A stretch of 64,000 nucleotides of DNA, taken from the NCBI GenBank assembly GCA_963666835.2, contig CAXXGO010000001.1, positions 1,664,001-1,728,000 on the forward strand, in the 5' to 3' direction. The DNA comes from Phycisphaerae bacterium (GTDB lineage: Bacteria; Planctomycetota; Phycisphaerae; UBA1845). The notes beneath the pieces were generated by a model, which saw nothing but the letters and a program-made list of their open reading frames with translations, was not told the origin of the DNA and did no database searches. Shown in pieces: positions 9,023 through 19,148 of the stretch. The translations under genes and the position numbers were made by a program. Within the stretch, counting starts at the first letter, position 1. Each line of letters starts with the position of its first letter.

Positions 9023-10063
9023 ATGTCGGATGAGCCGGAACAACCTGCGGAGAAGGCCGATCCCACGCCGGATGACGGCGAGGTGGATTCGGCACGCATG
9101 TCGTTCGGCGATCACCTCGATGATCTGCGCGGTTGCCTGATTCGCTCGCTGCTGGGGGTGTTGGTGGGGGCCGTTCTCTGCCTGATCTACGGCAAGGAGA
9201 TCCTGGCGATCATCTATCAGCCGTTGTTGGTCGTTCAGCACGCCAACGGCTTGGTGCCGCGGGTGCAGGTGCTGGCTCCTACGGCCGGGTTCATTGCGTA
9301 TCTGAAGATCGGGTTTCTCTCCGGCCTGATTCTGACGATGCCTTGGGTCATATACCAGATCTGGCGGTTCGTTGCGTCCGGGATGTACCCCCGCGAACGA
9401 CGCTTCGTAATGCTGCTAATTCCCGCATCCACGGGCTTGTTCGTCGCCGGCGTGGCGTTTCTGTACATGATCGTTCTGCCGACGGTGCTCAATTTCTTCA
9501 TCAGTTTCAACAACCAGTTCGATACTCCTGATCTGACTCCCGGTGTGTTCCAGGGGTTCCTTCTTCCGGATCCGCCGTCGGTTTCTGACGCCGGAAACGA
9601 GGGACGGGGAATCGTACTACCTATCTTGGGGGGCGATCCAAAGGATGCGGTCGCGGGAGAGGCGTGGATCAACGGGTCTACCAGACGGCTTGTGGTGCAA
9701 ACCGACTCGGGGGTCCTGTCGGTCCCGCTTGACGAAGGCCCCGCCGCCCCGGCGATGCAGAGTCAGTTCGCCCTCGACTTCTACATATCCTTTGTGCTCA
9801 TGCTGGCACTGGCGTTTGGTATTGCCTTCGAGACGCCCATCGTTGTGTTCTTCCTGGCGTGGGCGGGACTCGTGTCGCCCGCAAAGATGGCGGCCGGGCG
9901 ACGCTATGTTCTTCTCGGTATGGTGATCATAGCCGCGGTTTTGACCCCTCCCGATGTCATCAGCCAAATCCTGCTGGCAGGTCCGATGTACATACTGTTC
10001 GAGGCGGGACTGCTCGTAGCCAGGGTCGTTAAGCGCAGGGCGACGACCACGGTCACGGAGTAG
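9023..10063 (+). CDS. tatC: Twin-arginine translocase subunit TatC
   Basis: MSFGDHLDDLR, YQIWRFVASGMYPRERR, FGIAFETP, LTPPDVISQ..LAGPMYILFE. Confidence 0.95.
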   Translation: MSDEPEQPAEKADPTPDDGEVDSARMSFGDHLDDLRGCLIRSLLGVLVGAVLCLIYGKEILAIIYQPLLVVQHANGLVPRVQVLAPTAGFIAYLKIGFLSGLILTMPWVIYQIWRFVASGMYPRERRFVMLLIPASTGLFVAGVAFLYMIVLPTVLNFFISFNNQFDTPDLTPGVFQGFLLPDPPSVSDAGNEGRGIVLPILGGDPKDAVAGEAWINGSTRRLVVQTDSGVLSVPLDEGPAAPAMQSQFALDFYISFVLMLALAFGIAFETPIVVFFLAWAGLVSPAKMAAGRRYVLLGMVIIAAVLTPPDVISQILLAGPMYILFEAGLLVARVVKRRATTTVTE

Positions 10064-10072
10064 ACCGCCCGG

Positions 10073-11020
10073 TCAGGCGAGCTGACCGATCAGCTCTCTG
10101 ACGGAAGCCAGGCCGCGTCGGTCCAAGTAGGCGGTGAGACCGTCGCAGATTCGGCGCGGGGTGTTCGGGTCTACGAAAAGAGCGGTGCCCACAGCTACGG
10201 CCGTAGCTCCTGCCAGCATGAACTCCACCGCGTCGCGCCAGTTGCAGATGCCCCCCATGCCGATCAACGGGACGTTCGCCTTGGCGGCGACCTTGGTATA
10301 AACCTGATGCACCATTTGGATGGCCACGGGTTTCACGGCCGGTCCGGAAAGTCCGCCCGTGCGATTGGCGAGCATCGGTTTCCAGGTCTCGACGTTGACG
10401 GCCATGCCGCGCAAGGTGTTGATTAGCGAAAGGGCGTCCGCGCCACCTTCGATAGCCGCCGCGGCCGTCTCGGTTATGTCTGTCACATTCGGCGAGAGCT
10501 TCACGATCAACCGTGCCCGACTCACTTCGGAGCGAACGGCGGCGACGAGCCGGCGGAGACGCTCGGCGTCGGTTCCGAATTCCAAGCCGTCCGCCACGTT
10601 GGGGCAGGATACATTCAACTCCAGCCCGGAGATGCACGGGATAGGATCCAGCCGCCTGCACACTGCCTGATAGTCTTCGACGCTGTGTCCGACCACATTG
10701 ACGATGACCGGCACCCCTCGCGATTCGTAATACGGGATTCTCTCCTCCACGAATCGATCGAGACCATGGTTGGCCAACCCGATGGCGTTCAGCATGCCGC
10801 CGGGAGTCTCTACGGTCCGCGGGGGTGGGTTTCCGGGACGCGGTTCCACCGATACGGCTTTGGTGACGAACGCGCCGAGCTGGGCAAAGTCGGCATTCTC
10901 GGCGAACTCGGGCCCGTATCCGCTGGTTCCGGAGGCGGTCATGACGGGGTTGGCCAAGGTAAGACCGGCAACGTCGACGGAGAGGCGCCCGACATCGTGT
11001 TTTGCGTTACTTGGGATCAT
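10073..11020 (-). CDS. pyrD: Dihydroorotate dehydrogenase, class 1 catalytic subunit
   Basis: NPVMTASGT, GNPPPR, MLNAIGL.N, ELNVSCPN, VKLSPNVTDI, INTL, GGLSGPAVKP, GMGGI. Start at ATG 11020 is approximate. Confidence 0.95.
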   Translation of the reverse strand: MIPSNAKHDVGRLSVDVAGLTLANPVMTASGTSGYGPEFAENADFAQLGAFVTKAVSVEPRPGNPPPRTVETPGGMLNAIGLANHGLDRFVEERIPYYESRGVPVIVNVVGHSVEDYQAVCRRLDPIPCISGLELNVSCPNVADGLEFGTDAERLRRLVAAVRSEVSRARLIVKLSPNVTDITETAAAAIEGGADALSLINTLRGMAVNVETWKPMLANRTGGLSGPAVKPVAIQMVHQVYTKVAAKANVPLIGMGGICNWRDAVEFMLAGATAVAVGTALFVDPNTPRRICDGLTAYLDRRGLASVRELIGQLA

Positions 11021-11133
11021 GGGTGAAACATCGTATTGTGTGAGCTTCCTGTCAACCTCGGGCGCTGTCGTCGTGGCGATGGACTTTAGGAGGGCGTATC
11101 TTACAATGGACCGGTCTCGATCTGGAGCTAACA

Positions 11134-11655
11134 ATGTCAGACGAAAGAGCCCGCATCGCCGTGTTTCCCGGGACCTTCGATCCGCTGACGCACGGCCACC
11201 TTGATATTGTGGCCCGAGCCGCCCGTCTCTACGACAAGTTGATCATCGGGGTCGGCGACAACCCGGTCAAGGAACAGGTTTTCACGCCCGAGGAACGCGT
11301 GGAGATGCTCGTCCAGTACACGTCCGATTACGCCGGCGTGGACGTGCAGATGTACTCGGGGTTGACCGTTGAGTTTGCCCGCAATGCCAACGCCGGCGTC
11401 ATCCTGCGCGGGATTCGCGATACGGTTGACCTGCATGCAGAGCTGGAGTTGGCGATAGGGAACATGATCATGGGCGGGATAGAGACCGTGTTCCTGATGA
11501 CCAGCGGCCAGCACGTGCTCACCTCCAGCACGCTAATCAAGCAGATCGTGGAGATCGGGCACTACGACGTAGATCATCTGACCCGAATCGTCCCTCTGGA
11601 CGTTGCTCGACGCCTTGAAGAACGGCTTCGTTTGCGCAAGAACAAGTCAGTTTGA
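11134..11655 (+). CDS. coaD: Phosphopantetheine adenylyltransferase
   Basis: AVFPGTFDPLTHGHLDI, ILRGIR, IETVFL, SSTLIK. Confidence 0.95.
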   Translation: MSDERARIAVFPGTFDPLTHGHLDIVARAARLYDKLIIGVGDNPVKEQVFTPEERVEMLVQYTSDYAGVDVQMYSGLTVEFARNANAGVILRGIRDTVDLHAELELAIGNMIMGGIETVFLMTSGQHVLTSSTLIKQIVEIGHYDVDHLTRIVPLDVARRLEERLRLRKNKSV

Positions 11656-14600
11656 TCCCGTGAAAGCGATCTGGAACGCGGCGAAATCCGGCAGATCCAC
11701 GTCACCGTCCTTGTTGAAGTCGAACGTCGCGGATTTGCTGGAACCGCCGATTCCGGGCCCGTTCCAATGCTCGGTTAACTGGTGGAAGTCTGTCTGATCG
11801 ACGTCCCCGTCAAGATCGCCGTCGCCGGTGGCCGGCTCCAAGGTGCGCAGTATCCGGAAGCCGATCTGGACGTCGGTCAAAGTGGCGGCCGTGTGCGTGC
11901 GAGAGTCGGTTCGCAGGCCGATATGGTCGATGGCGACGTTCCAGCCACCGCCGCGCAGGACTCGGTTGGCCAGATGCCCGCTGTTGCTGACGCGGTCCTG
12001 GATCCACTCGTAAACATTGCCGGTGATGTCGTACAAACCGAAGGCGTTGGCGTCGGCGGTGGTTGTCGTGCCGTCGGACAGCGTATTGGTCCCATCGTAG
12101 AAACCTACCGGCGTTGTGCCTCCGATCGTACAGTCGATCGCGTCCTCGAAGGGGTCGTCGCTGCAGCGGAAGTTCGCGTCCGCGCCGCCGACGATTGCGT
12201 CACGGCCGAAACCGTAGACATGATTTGCGCCCCAGCCGTCGTTGGCACCGACGTCCCACGCCGCGGCTTTGTACCACTCGTTGTACGGACTTGCCGTCAG
12301 GGCGTGGTCATCCATCGGCAGGCGGTATCCGCGGCAGGTCTCCACGAGGTCGGCTCGCTCGGTGCTGTCGAGATCCCGAACCGCCCAGTCGGCGGAGGTG
12401 ATGGCGGTGGAATGCCATCCACCCAGGTCCGTTGCATCGGACTCCGTATAACAGCGGTCGTCCGGCGACATGCCCTGATCCAGCGTCAGCCAATTGCAGT
12501 ACTTGGTCGCCCCGTACCAGCTTACTCCGACCACCGGGTGGTCTGCAAAGCCGCCCTCCGGAGCGAAGGAGCCCCCGGCGTATTGGATGCGGCTCTTCGA
12601 GGCGTCGAACATCAGAGCGTTGGTTGAGGGAGACGTGCCCTCGGCACCGGTGATTTCATCGTGGACGTACACGTCCCCCGCGTTCAGGTCGAAGTACATG
12701 TACTGCCCGCGCTCCGACGTGAGGTTGCTTTTGGCATCGTTGAGGAACTCGGCGAACTCGGCGTTGGTGGTGGGGAATGTGCCCATCACGTACGAGTGAG
12801 TCGGTCCGTTCGGTTGTTCGACGCTACCTAAGATCGACACTTCGCGGGTGACGACGAGCGGTTCCACGATTGTCAGGGTGATCTTGCGTTCCACAGCGAT
12901 GTCCCCGCCGTAATCGAACTTGAGCAGGGCGACGTACGAACCGTCATCCATCACCGCGGCTACGTCGGTCCGAATGGAAACGAGAACCTGAACAGACTCG
13001 CTCTCGGTCAAAGTGCCCCCGGCTTGATCCTGCCCTTCGATAGCCAGCCAGTCGACGGGCGGGTCAGTGGATGCGGTCCAATCCAGAGTCTCTCCCTGGC
13101 CGATGTTCGTAAGGGTGTACTCGGTTGCTGCCGGGGTAAACGGTCCGCCTTCGCGGCCTGTCACCCGCACATTGTCCGTCGGCAGCACGGAGAGGTCACC
13201 ACCGACGGTGAGCCGGACCGTGCGGTATTCAGTGTGTCCGCTGGTAAGATCCGCGAAGGCAACCTCCGTCGAGTGAACGCCGGTGTCCAGGAGGTTCGCA
13301 TCCTCATTGACCGACAGCGTGATCTGCCCGGTGAATCCCGGCAGCAGCGTGTCAGCGTAGGATGACGCGCCGTTGACATCCAACCAGTCCGCATCGGTAA
13401 CGCTGATTTCATAGTAGATGGACGGCGTGCCGATGTTCTCGATTTCGTAGACCGGATCGTCTCCCGAAGCAGCAAACGGCCCCCCGCTGTTTCCGGTCCA
13501 TTCGAAGTCCGGGCTGTCCTCCTGCTCGGCGGGCGAGATGCTCAGCGGGTCTTTGACCGTCAGATTGACCTCCCGCGAGATGCTACTTCCGGCCGTAGTG
13601 TTACGAAAGACGATGGTCTCGGAGTATTCGCCGACCGGGAGTGTCTCAATACTGTCATTAGTTTCGGGAATAACCGTTACCGTATCGTCGGGGTCCCCGT
13701 AGGGCTCCAGGACGCCGGCGATGGACGATCCCCCGTTAAGGTCGAGCCATGCCGCCGTACTCGTCACCGTGTACGCCAGATCGGTACTCGAGAGGTTCAC
13801 GGCCTCGATCGACGTTTGCAGCGGCGGATCGACCGGAACGCTCCAGATTGTCGTGATCTCCCACCCGTCGGGCGAGTCGACGTCGAGCGGCTCGGCCACC
13901 GAAAGGGTGAACGACCTGGTTTCCACGAAGCCGGTGGTCACGTTCTCGAACCGGACCGTGGCAGTGTAGTCGCCCGGGGGGCGAGTGGTGGCGACGGCGT
14001 TAGTCTCGACGTCGACAATGGCTTCGGCTTCGGCCGTCAGTTGTCCGGTGTCCGACGCCGCATCGTTGATGTTCAACCAGCGAGCCCCGGTCTGGGTGAC
14101 CGTCGCGCTCCAGTCCATAGCCGTAGCGGATGTGCTGGTCAGGATGTAACGTGCGAACGCGTTGGTGAACGGTCCCCCGTACATCCCATCGGCGTCGAAC
14201 CCTTCGGCCGGAGCGACCGAAAGAGGCTCGGACAACAGCAGGCGAATCTCACATTCAGTGGTTTCTTCGGTGGTTACGTCGGCAAACTCAATTGTGGCGA
14301 TGTGGTCCAACTTGGCCTGGACAACGCGGAATCCGAGATCTGGTGAGGTCGTGTCCGCGGGGAGGGTCTCCGCGTGATCGGCGCGAAGGGCGGCGTCGGC
14401 GGGGGGGTGACTCCAGTGTCCGCCGCGTACCCCGCGTTCAGTGGGGTGGTCATCAAGGTCCGGGCGAACGTCCTGGACCCATTCCGCGACGTTGCCGGTC
14501 ATGTCATACAGGCCGTAAGCATTATCGTCGGCGTTGGTTTCAAAGTCCGTCCCGTCTCCAATGACGTCTCCGCTGCCGTCGTTGTAGTGTGTGCCGTCAT

Positions 14601-17600
14601 AGAACCCGACCGGAGTCGAGCCGGGTTCGAAGGGGTCGCCGCTGGAATCGAAGTTGGCGTCCTGGTCGGTGATCGGCCCGTTGCGTCCGAAACCGTAAGT
14701 GTGGTTCACCGGATCTGCGGGGGGCCGGTCGTCCCACGTCGCCGCTTTGTACCACTCATTGAAGGCGGCGGAGGTTTCCGTTCCTTGGTCCATGGGTAGC
14801 CGGTACCCGGCGTAATTGCAGACCAGATCCCAGCGTTCGTCGTCATTCAAGTCTCGAGCCGCGGCACGGGGGGTGAGGTAGGTCGTCGTATCGTCCGTTC
14901 CCCACCAATCGCACGTGCTGATGGTAACGGGATGCCAATCGCCCACGTTCGGTCCTTCCGTGTACGCCCGCTGGGTGACGTCCAATCCGGCCTCGAGTGA
15001 CAGCCAATTGCAGTACTTCACCGCGCCGAACCAGCTTACTCCGGTAACGGGGTGTCGGTTGAAGTCTTCCTCCGCCGCGAACGCGGCCGTTTCTTCGTCA
15101 TAGACGAGGTGTTGGCTGTCGGCGGTGGCGAATAGCACAGCGGTAAGTGATCCCGGCCCCGACCCGCGCTCGCCCGTCTCGGTATCGTTGAGATAGACGT
15201 CACCGGTATCGGTGTCGACGTATACGTAATGCCCCCGAGCGTTGGCCGGGTTTGCCATAGCATCATTCAGGAAATCCACAAACTCCGCATTGGTGGTTTC
15301 GAACCGGGCTACTCGGAACGAATAGCCGGGACCGCCCGGTTGTTCGTCGCCGCCGGGAACGGTCGACATATCCACGATCGGGGCGGCGGGCGCCCGCAAT
15401 GCATCGGCTGCATCGTTGATAGACGCGACAACCTCGACGGAGGCATCGGGCGGAACCAGTCCTTCCACGGTCTGCCCGTCGGCGTTCAAGGTCAGCCAGT
15501 CCACATCGACTTCTGCCGTGAACTCGTTGGCCAGCTCTGTGCCCGTGGTGCTCAGAGTGTACACCGGCTCCGCCGAATCGAAGGTGTAGGGGCCTCCGAC
15601 CGGACCGCGGACCGTCAGCGTCTTTTCCGGTGCCACATCGATCGACGTCGAGGACTGGGCTTGCACGATCCGGAATCCCGTGAACGCTCTGGTGGAGCCG
15701 GGATAGTCGGAGTGCCGGGCGGAGTTTGTGAGCAGAAGATCCTGCGCAAGGCTCTGCCAGTTACCGCCGCGCGTTGCTCGGACGGCAGAGCTGGTGCCGT
15801 GATCCTGCATCCACTCGCTTACATTGCCGCACATGTCGTACAAGCCGTACTGGTTGGCCGTGTTCCTTGTCCGCGTTGTGCCGTCGGCAAGCAGGTTCGC
15901 GCCGTCAAACCACCCTACGGGAGAGACGTCATTGTCGAACTCGTCGCCGCTATCCCAGTAATTGGCGTCTGCACCCTCCATCACGTCACGGCCGAAGCCG
16001 TAGACGACGTTTCTACCGATCTCGCCGGGGCAGACCGGCTGGGCGTCGCCGCAGGCGTCTTGCGCGGCGGCCACCCCGTCAGCGCAACCCGGTCCGTCAA
16101 TCGACAACGTGAACGGTCCCGACGTCGTCGTTCGAGTCGCCACGCGAATCCAGTAGGTGACACCTGCCGTCACTTCCACTTCCGCGGAGCCGGTTACGCT
16201 GCAGACTATGTCATTACACGCGGAGCCGGGACAGCCGTCATGCACTGATATCAAATGCCGACTCAGCGGGTCGAACGTCAAGGTCAGCGATAGGGTGCCG
16301 GCCATGTCCGGAGTGTACGTCCACCATAGATCCGCAGCGCTTTCTTGCGGGTCGCAGGAGGCCTCGCCGTCCGAAGTGGCGTCCTCGCTGTCGCCGACTA
16401 AGTCCACGGGCGGAGTCTGATGGACCCAGGCCGCCGCCTTGTACCATTCACTGTATACGGACTCGGACTCTACTCCTCCGTCCATCGGTAGGCGAAAGCC
16501 GGCGAGGGCTCTCAGGTCTTCCCGCTCGGTGTCGTTCAAGTCGCGCACGGCCCAGTCGGCTGCCGAAATGGTAGTCGGATGCCAGTCTTCCGGCACGGCG
16601 CCCTCCGTGTAGACTCGTTGGGACGGGAGCATTCCCTGGCGGACCGTAAGCCAATTGCAGAACTTGGCCGCGCCGTACCAGCTCACGCCGGTAACCGCGT
16701 CATCCTCCGTGTCCGCGAGTACCCAGTACTGTCCTGCGTCGAAGTAGATCTGTCCGCCGTCTGCCGCATCGAACAGCAGCGTCCCGTTTCCCTCCGTGCC
16801 CTCCGCCCCGGTTTCCGCAGAGTGCAGATACACATTGCCGGAATCGGTGTCGTGGTACATCCAGTGGCCGCGCCAATCGCCGGGGTTGAGGTAGGCGTCG
16901 TTAAGAAACGCCAGGAACTCCGTGTTGCGGATCTCGTGGACCCCGATGCGAAAGGAATGCTCCGGCCCGCCGGGTTGCGGGTCGTCCGCGCGGACAATCG
17001 CCATGTCAATCGTCAAAGGAGCAAGTCCGACGGTGACCAGCACCGGTCGGTTGGTGGATGCCCCGGTAGCCAGGTCGCGAAACTCCACGTATGCAGAGTG
17101 AATCTCGCCGATCGGCAGGGCGTTGATCCCCGGCGTGCTGAGGGTAACGGCAATATCGGTGCTCAAGGTCGGGGCGATTGTTCCTTCGGCCATGACCCCG
17201 CCGTTAATCAGAACCCAGTCTTCCGTGGCAGTGGCGCGCCAATCCAACAGGCTGTCGGAGTTGTTTGTTATCGTGTAGACCTTGGCATCGGGGAAGAAGG
17301 GGCCCCCGGCCGGTCCCGACGACGCCAGACCATCCGTAGGCTCCACCCACAATACCCCCGTGACTTCGGCGGCAACCTGGCGAGTTGTGATCGTCGCCGA
17401 GTTCCGTTTCACATAGAGCGTTGCGGTATGGTCGCCAAGGGCCAGAGTGGTGGCATTGTCGTTGAGGGTCACGGTTACGACCACGCTTTCGAACGGCGCC
17501 AGGGTGCCGCCGGCGGTCAAGTCGCCGTCGCAGTCCACCCAGCCTACGTTGGAGGACACCTCCCACTCGAAGGCGTCGGGAGACCGGCTGGTGATTGTGA

Positions 17601-18822
17601 GCTCGCTCGGGCCGCCCGGGGCGAACGGGCCACCGAACGAACCTGAGAACGTAAACGTCACGTCCTCATCCGGTTCCACCAAAGGCGCCAAGCCGGGATC
17701 GGATTGGACTATTCTCAGTCCCGCCCATTTCGGAGTCGATTGCGGAAGATCCGGCGTAACTGACGTGTTCTGAAGAAACACGTTGTTCCAGCCGCCGCCG
17801 CGATACCAGCGATCCGCCTGGCTGCCGAGGTGTCCCTGCATCCACTCCCAGGCGTTGCCGGCCAGATCATAAACGCCGTAGTAGTTCTCGTTGGCATTAG
17901 TGGCGAACGCGATGGAACCGGGGAAGAAGTAGTCGGCCGGATAGCTCGTCCCATCGAACAGCCCGACCGGTGTGGTCTGCCCGTTGGCGGCGCAGTTGTC
18001 CGGATCGTCGAACGGATCGTTGCTGCAACGGTAGTTCGCGTCGAAGTTGGTCAGGACCTCGCGACCGAACCCATACTCGTGATGTCCGCCGGCGCCTCCG
18101 TTCGCGTCCGGGTCCCACGCGGCGACTTTGTACCACTCGTTGTACGGTCCTTCGTAGATATCCGCCGTGTGCATCGGCAGACGGTATCCGAGATAGTCCC
18201 CGTTGAGCTCGTCGCGTTCGCCGGCGGAAAGATCGCGCAAACTCCACGCCGAATCGGTAATGGTAGCCGGATGCCAGCCGCCCAGGTTTGTGCTGACGTC
18301 CTCCTTGTAGCAGCGATGTTCCGCGGGGATCCCGTGCTGGATCGTCAACCAGTTACAGAATTTCAAAGCCCCGTACCAGCTCATGCCGGTCACCGGATGA
18401 CTGCCGTAGTCGATCCCGTCCCGTATCGCCACCTGATAGGTACCGTCGACGAACTCGATCTGGTCGGCGGAGGTCGGGGAGAACATCTTGGTGGTCAAAG
18501 CTCCCGGCCCGGCCCCAGATCCGCCGGTCTTGTTGGTGTTGATGTAGACATTCCCCGTCTGCGTATCGAAGTACATGTACTGCCCGCGCTCGTTGCCCGG
18601 GTTATCGAGGGCGTCGTTCAGGAAGATCACGAATTGGTCGTTGCGGACCTCGAACCGGCTGATCCGGAAGTCATACGTCGGGCCGCCCGACAACGTGTCG
18701 CCGTCAATTGCGACGAAGTCGAGCAACAGCGGGTCAGCGCCGAAGGCGGGGCCGGCCAACGACGCCAAGGTCAATATCGCCAAGCACGCTGTTGCGGTTA
18801 GCTTGCCGAGAAACCTGTCCAT
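11647..18822 (-). CDS. Giant secreted protein: 4 FGE-sulfatase/CLec-like domains, ~7 BACON-like repeats, C-terminal dockerin-like EF-hand pair
   Basis: GGAGG RBS before ATG 18822 and a signal peptide. Four copies of (F/H)ExxNxxF..FLNDA / PV.GVSWYGA.K.CNWL / RLPM / EWYKAA.W / N.YG.YD..GN..EW / RGG.W / GFR. C-terminus DGDLDGDVDQTDF..DFNKDGDVDLPDF. Confidence 0.9.
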   Translation of the reverse strand: MDRFLGKLTATACLAILTLASLAGPAFGADPLLLDFVAIDGDTLSGGPTYDFRISRFEVRNDQFVIFLNDALDNPGNERGQYMYFDTQTGNVYINTNKTGGSGAGPGALTTKMFSPTSADQIEFVDGTYQVAIRDGIDYGSHPVTGMSWYGALKFCNWLTIQHGIPAEHRCYKEDVSTNLGGWHPATITDSAWSLRDLSAGERDELNGDYLGYRLPMHTADIYEGPYNEWYKVAAWDPDANGGAGGHHEYGFGREVLTNFDANYRCSNDPFDDPDNCAANGQTTPVGLFDGTSYPADYFFPGSIAFATNANENYYGVYDLAGNAWEWMQGHLGSQADRWYRGGGWNNVFLQNTSVTPDLPQSTPKWAGLRIVQSDPGLAPLVEPDEDVTFTFSGSFGGPFAPGGPSELTITSRSPDAFEWEVSSNVGWVDCDGDLTAGGTLAPFESVVVTVTLNDNATTLALGDHTATLYVKRNSATITTRQVAAEVTGVLWVEPTDGLASSGPAGGPFFPDAKVYTITNNSDSLLDWRATATEDWVLINGGVMAEGTIAPTLSTDIAVTLSTPGINALPIGEIHSAYVEFRDLATGASTNRPVLVTVGLAPLTIDMAIVRADDPQPGGPEHSFRIGVHEIRNTEFLAFLNDAYLNPGDWRGHWMYHDTDSGNVYLHSAETGAEGTEGNGTLLFDAADGGQIYFDAGQYWVLADTEDDAVTGVSWYGAAKFCNWLTVRQGMLPSQRVYTEGAVPEDWHPTTISAADWAVRDLNDTEREDLRALAGFRLPMDGGVESESVYSEWYKAAAWVHQTPPVDLVGDSEDATSDGEASCDPQESAADLWWTYTPDMAGTLSLTLTFDPLSRHLISVHDGCPGSACNDIVCSVTGSAEVEVTAGVTYWIRVATRTTTSGPFTLSIDGPGCADGVAAAQDACGDAQPVCPGEIGRNVVYGFGRDVMEGADANYWDSGDEFDNDVSPVGWFDGANLLADGTTRTRNTANQYGLYDMCGNVSEWMQDHGTSSAVRATRGGNWQSLAQDLLLTNSARHSDYPGSTRAFTGFRIVQAQSSTSIDVAPEKTLTVRGPVGGPYTFDSAEPVYTLSTTGTELANEFTAEVDVDWLTLNADGQTVEGLVPPDASVEVVASINDAADALRAPAAPIVDMSTVPGGDEQPGGPGYSFRVARFETTNAEFVDFLNDAMANPANARGHYVYVDTDTGDVYLNDTETGERGSGPGSLTAVLFATADSQHLVYDEETAAFAAEEDFNRHPVTGVSWFGAVKYCNWLSLEAGLDVTQRAYTEGPNVGDWHPVTISTCDWWGTDDTTTYLTPRAAARDLNDDERWDLVCNYAGYRLPMDQGTETSAAFNEWYKAATWDDRPPADPVNHTYGFGRNGPITDQDANFDSSGDPFEPGSTPVGFYDGTHYNDGSGDVIGDGTDFETNADDNAYGLYDMTGNVAEWVQDVRPDLDDHPTERGVRGGHWSHPPADAALRADHAETLPADTTSPDLGFRVVQAKLDHIATIEFADVTTEETTECEIRLLLSEPLSVAPAEGFDADGMYGGPFTNAFARYILTSTSATAMDWSATVTQTGARWLNINDAASDTGQLTAEAEAIVDVETNAVATTRPPGDYTATVRFENVTTGFVETRSFTLSVAEPLDVDSPDGWEITTIWSVPVDPPLQTSIEAVNLSSTDLAYTVTSTAAWLDLNGGSSIAGVLEPYGDPDDTVTVIPETNDSIETLPVGEYSETIVFRNTTAGSSISREVNLTVKDPLSISPAEQEDSPDFEWTGNSGGPFAASGDDPVYEIENIGTPSIYYEISVTDADWLDVNGASSYADTLLPGFTGQITLSVNEDANLLDTGVHSTEVAFADLTSGHTEYRTVRLTVGGDLSVLPTDNVRVTGREGGPFTPAATEYTLTNIGQGETLDWTASTDPPVDWLAIEGQDQAGGTLTESESVQVLVSIRTDVAAVMDDGSYVALLKFDYGGDIAVERKITLTIVEPLVVTREVSILGSVEQPNGPTHSYVMGTFPTTNAEFAEFLNDAKSNLTSERGQYMYFDLNAGDVYVHDEITGAEGTSPSTNALMFDASKSRIQYAGGSFAPEGGFADHPVVGVSWYGATKYCNWLTLDQGMSPDDRCYTESDATDLGGWHSTAITSADWAVRDLDSTERADLVETCRGYRLPMDDHALTASPYNEWYKAAAWDVGANDGWGANHVYGFGRDAIVGGADANFRCSDDPFEDAIDCTIGGTTPVGFYDGTNTLSDGTTTTADANAFGLYDITGNVYEWIQDRVSNSGHLANRVLRGGGWNVAIDHIGLRTDSRTHTAATLTDVQIGFRILRTLEPATGDGDLDGDVDQTDFHQLTEHWNGPGIGGSSKSATFDFNKDGDVDLPDFAAFQIAFTGSN

Positions 18823-18958
18823 GAATCGAGCCTCCATGCCCGTTGCGGGGTGGCAAGTTCCGGTTGCCTCGGCCGCCGTTGCGCGGTTCCGTTCCCTGTA
18901 GACTTCTGCTTTGTCACGCGTAGAGGTTCTGGTCCAATCCGCATTGTGTCCCGTCCCT

Positions 18959-18981
18959 GCACTGCTCAAGAACAGTGGCAC
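18959..18981. repeat. REP-like hairpin GCACTGCTCAAGAACAGTGGCAC
   Basis: Inverted copy with one mismatch at 24413-24435. Confidence 0.6.
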
Positions 18982-19148
18982 ACCCGAACACCCAGGCGTG
19001 ACGCCCCGCTGGCCGGCAGCGCATACCACCCCCGTACCACCATGTAGGCCATTATCGGCTGTTTCCCCCAAAACCGCCCACGGGATTTACCAACGTAGCG
19101 GTAGAGGAAGCGGTACCGGAAAGCACCGAGGGTTTCCAGCCAGCCCCC

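Noticed and set aside
11647..18822. Diversity-generating retroelement targeting the FGE/CLec domains
   Set aside because: No reverse transcriptase, Avd or template repeat in the window, and the four domain ends differ at all base types rather than only at adenines. A remote DGR cannot be excluded.
18823..19071. N-terminal extension of the giant protein from 19071
   Set aside because: The signal peptide and GGAGG RBS point to ATG 18822; the extension crosses a REP hairpin.
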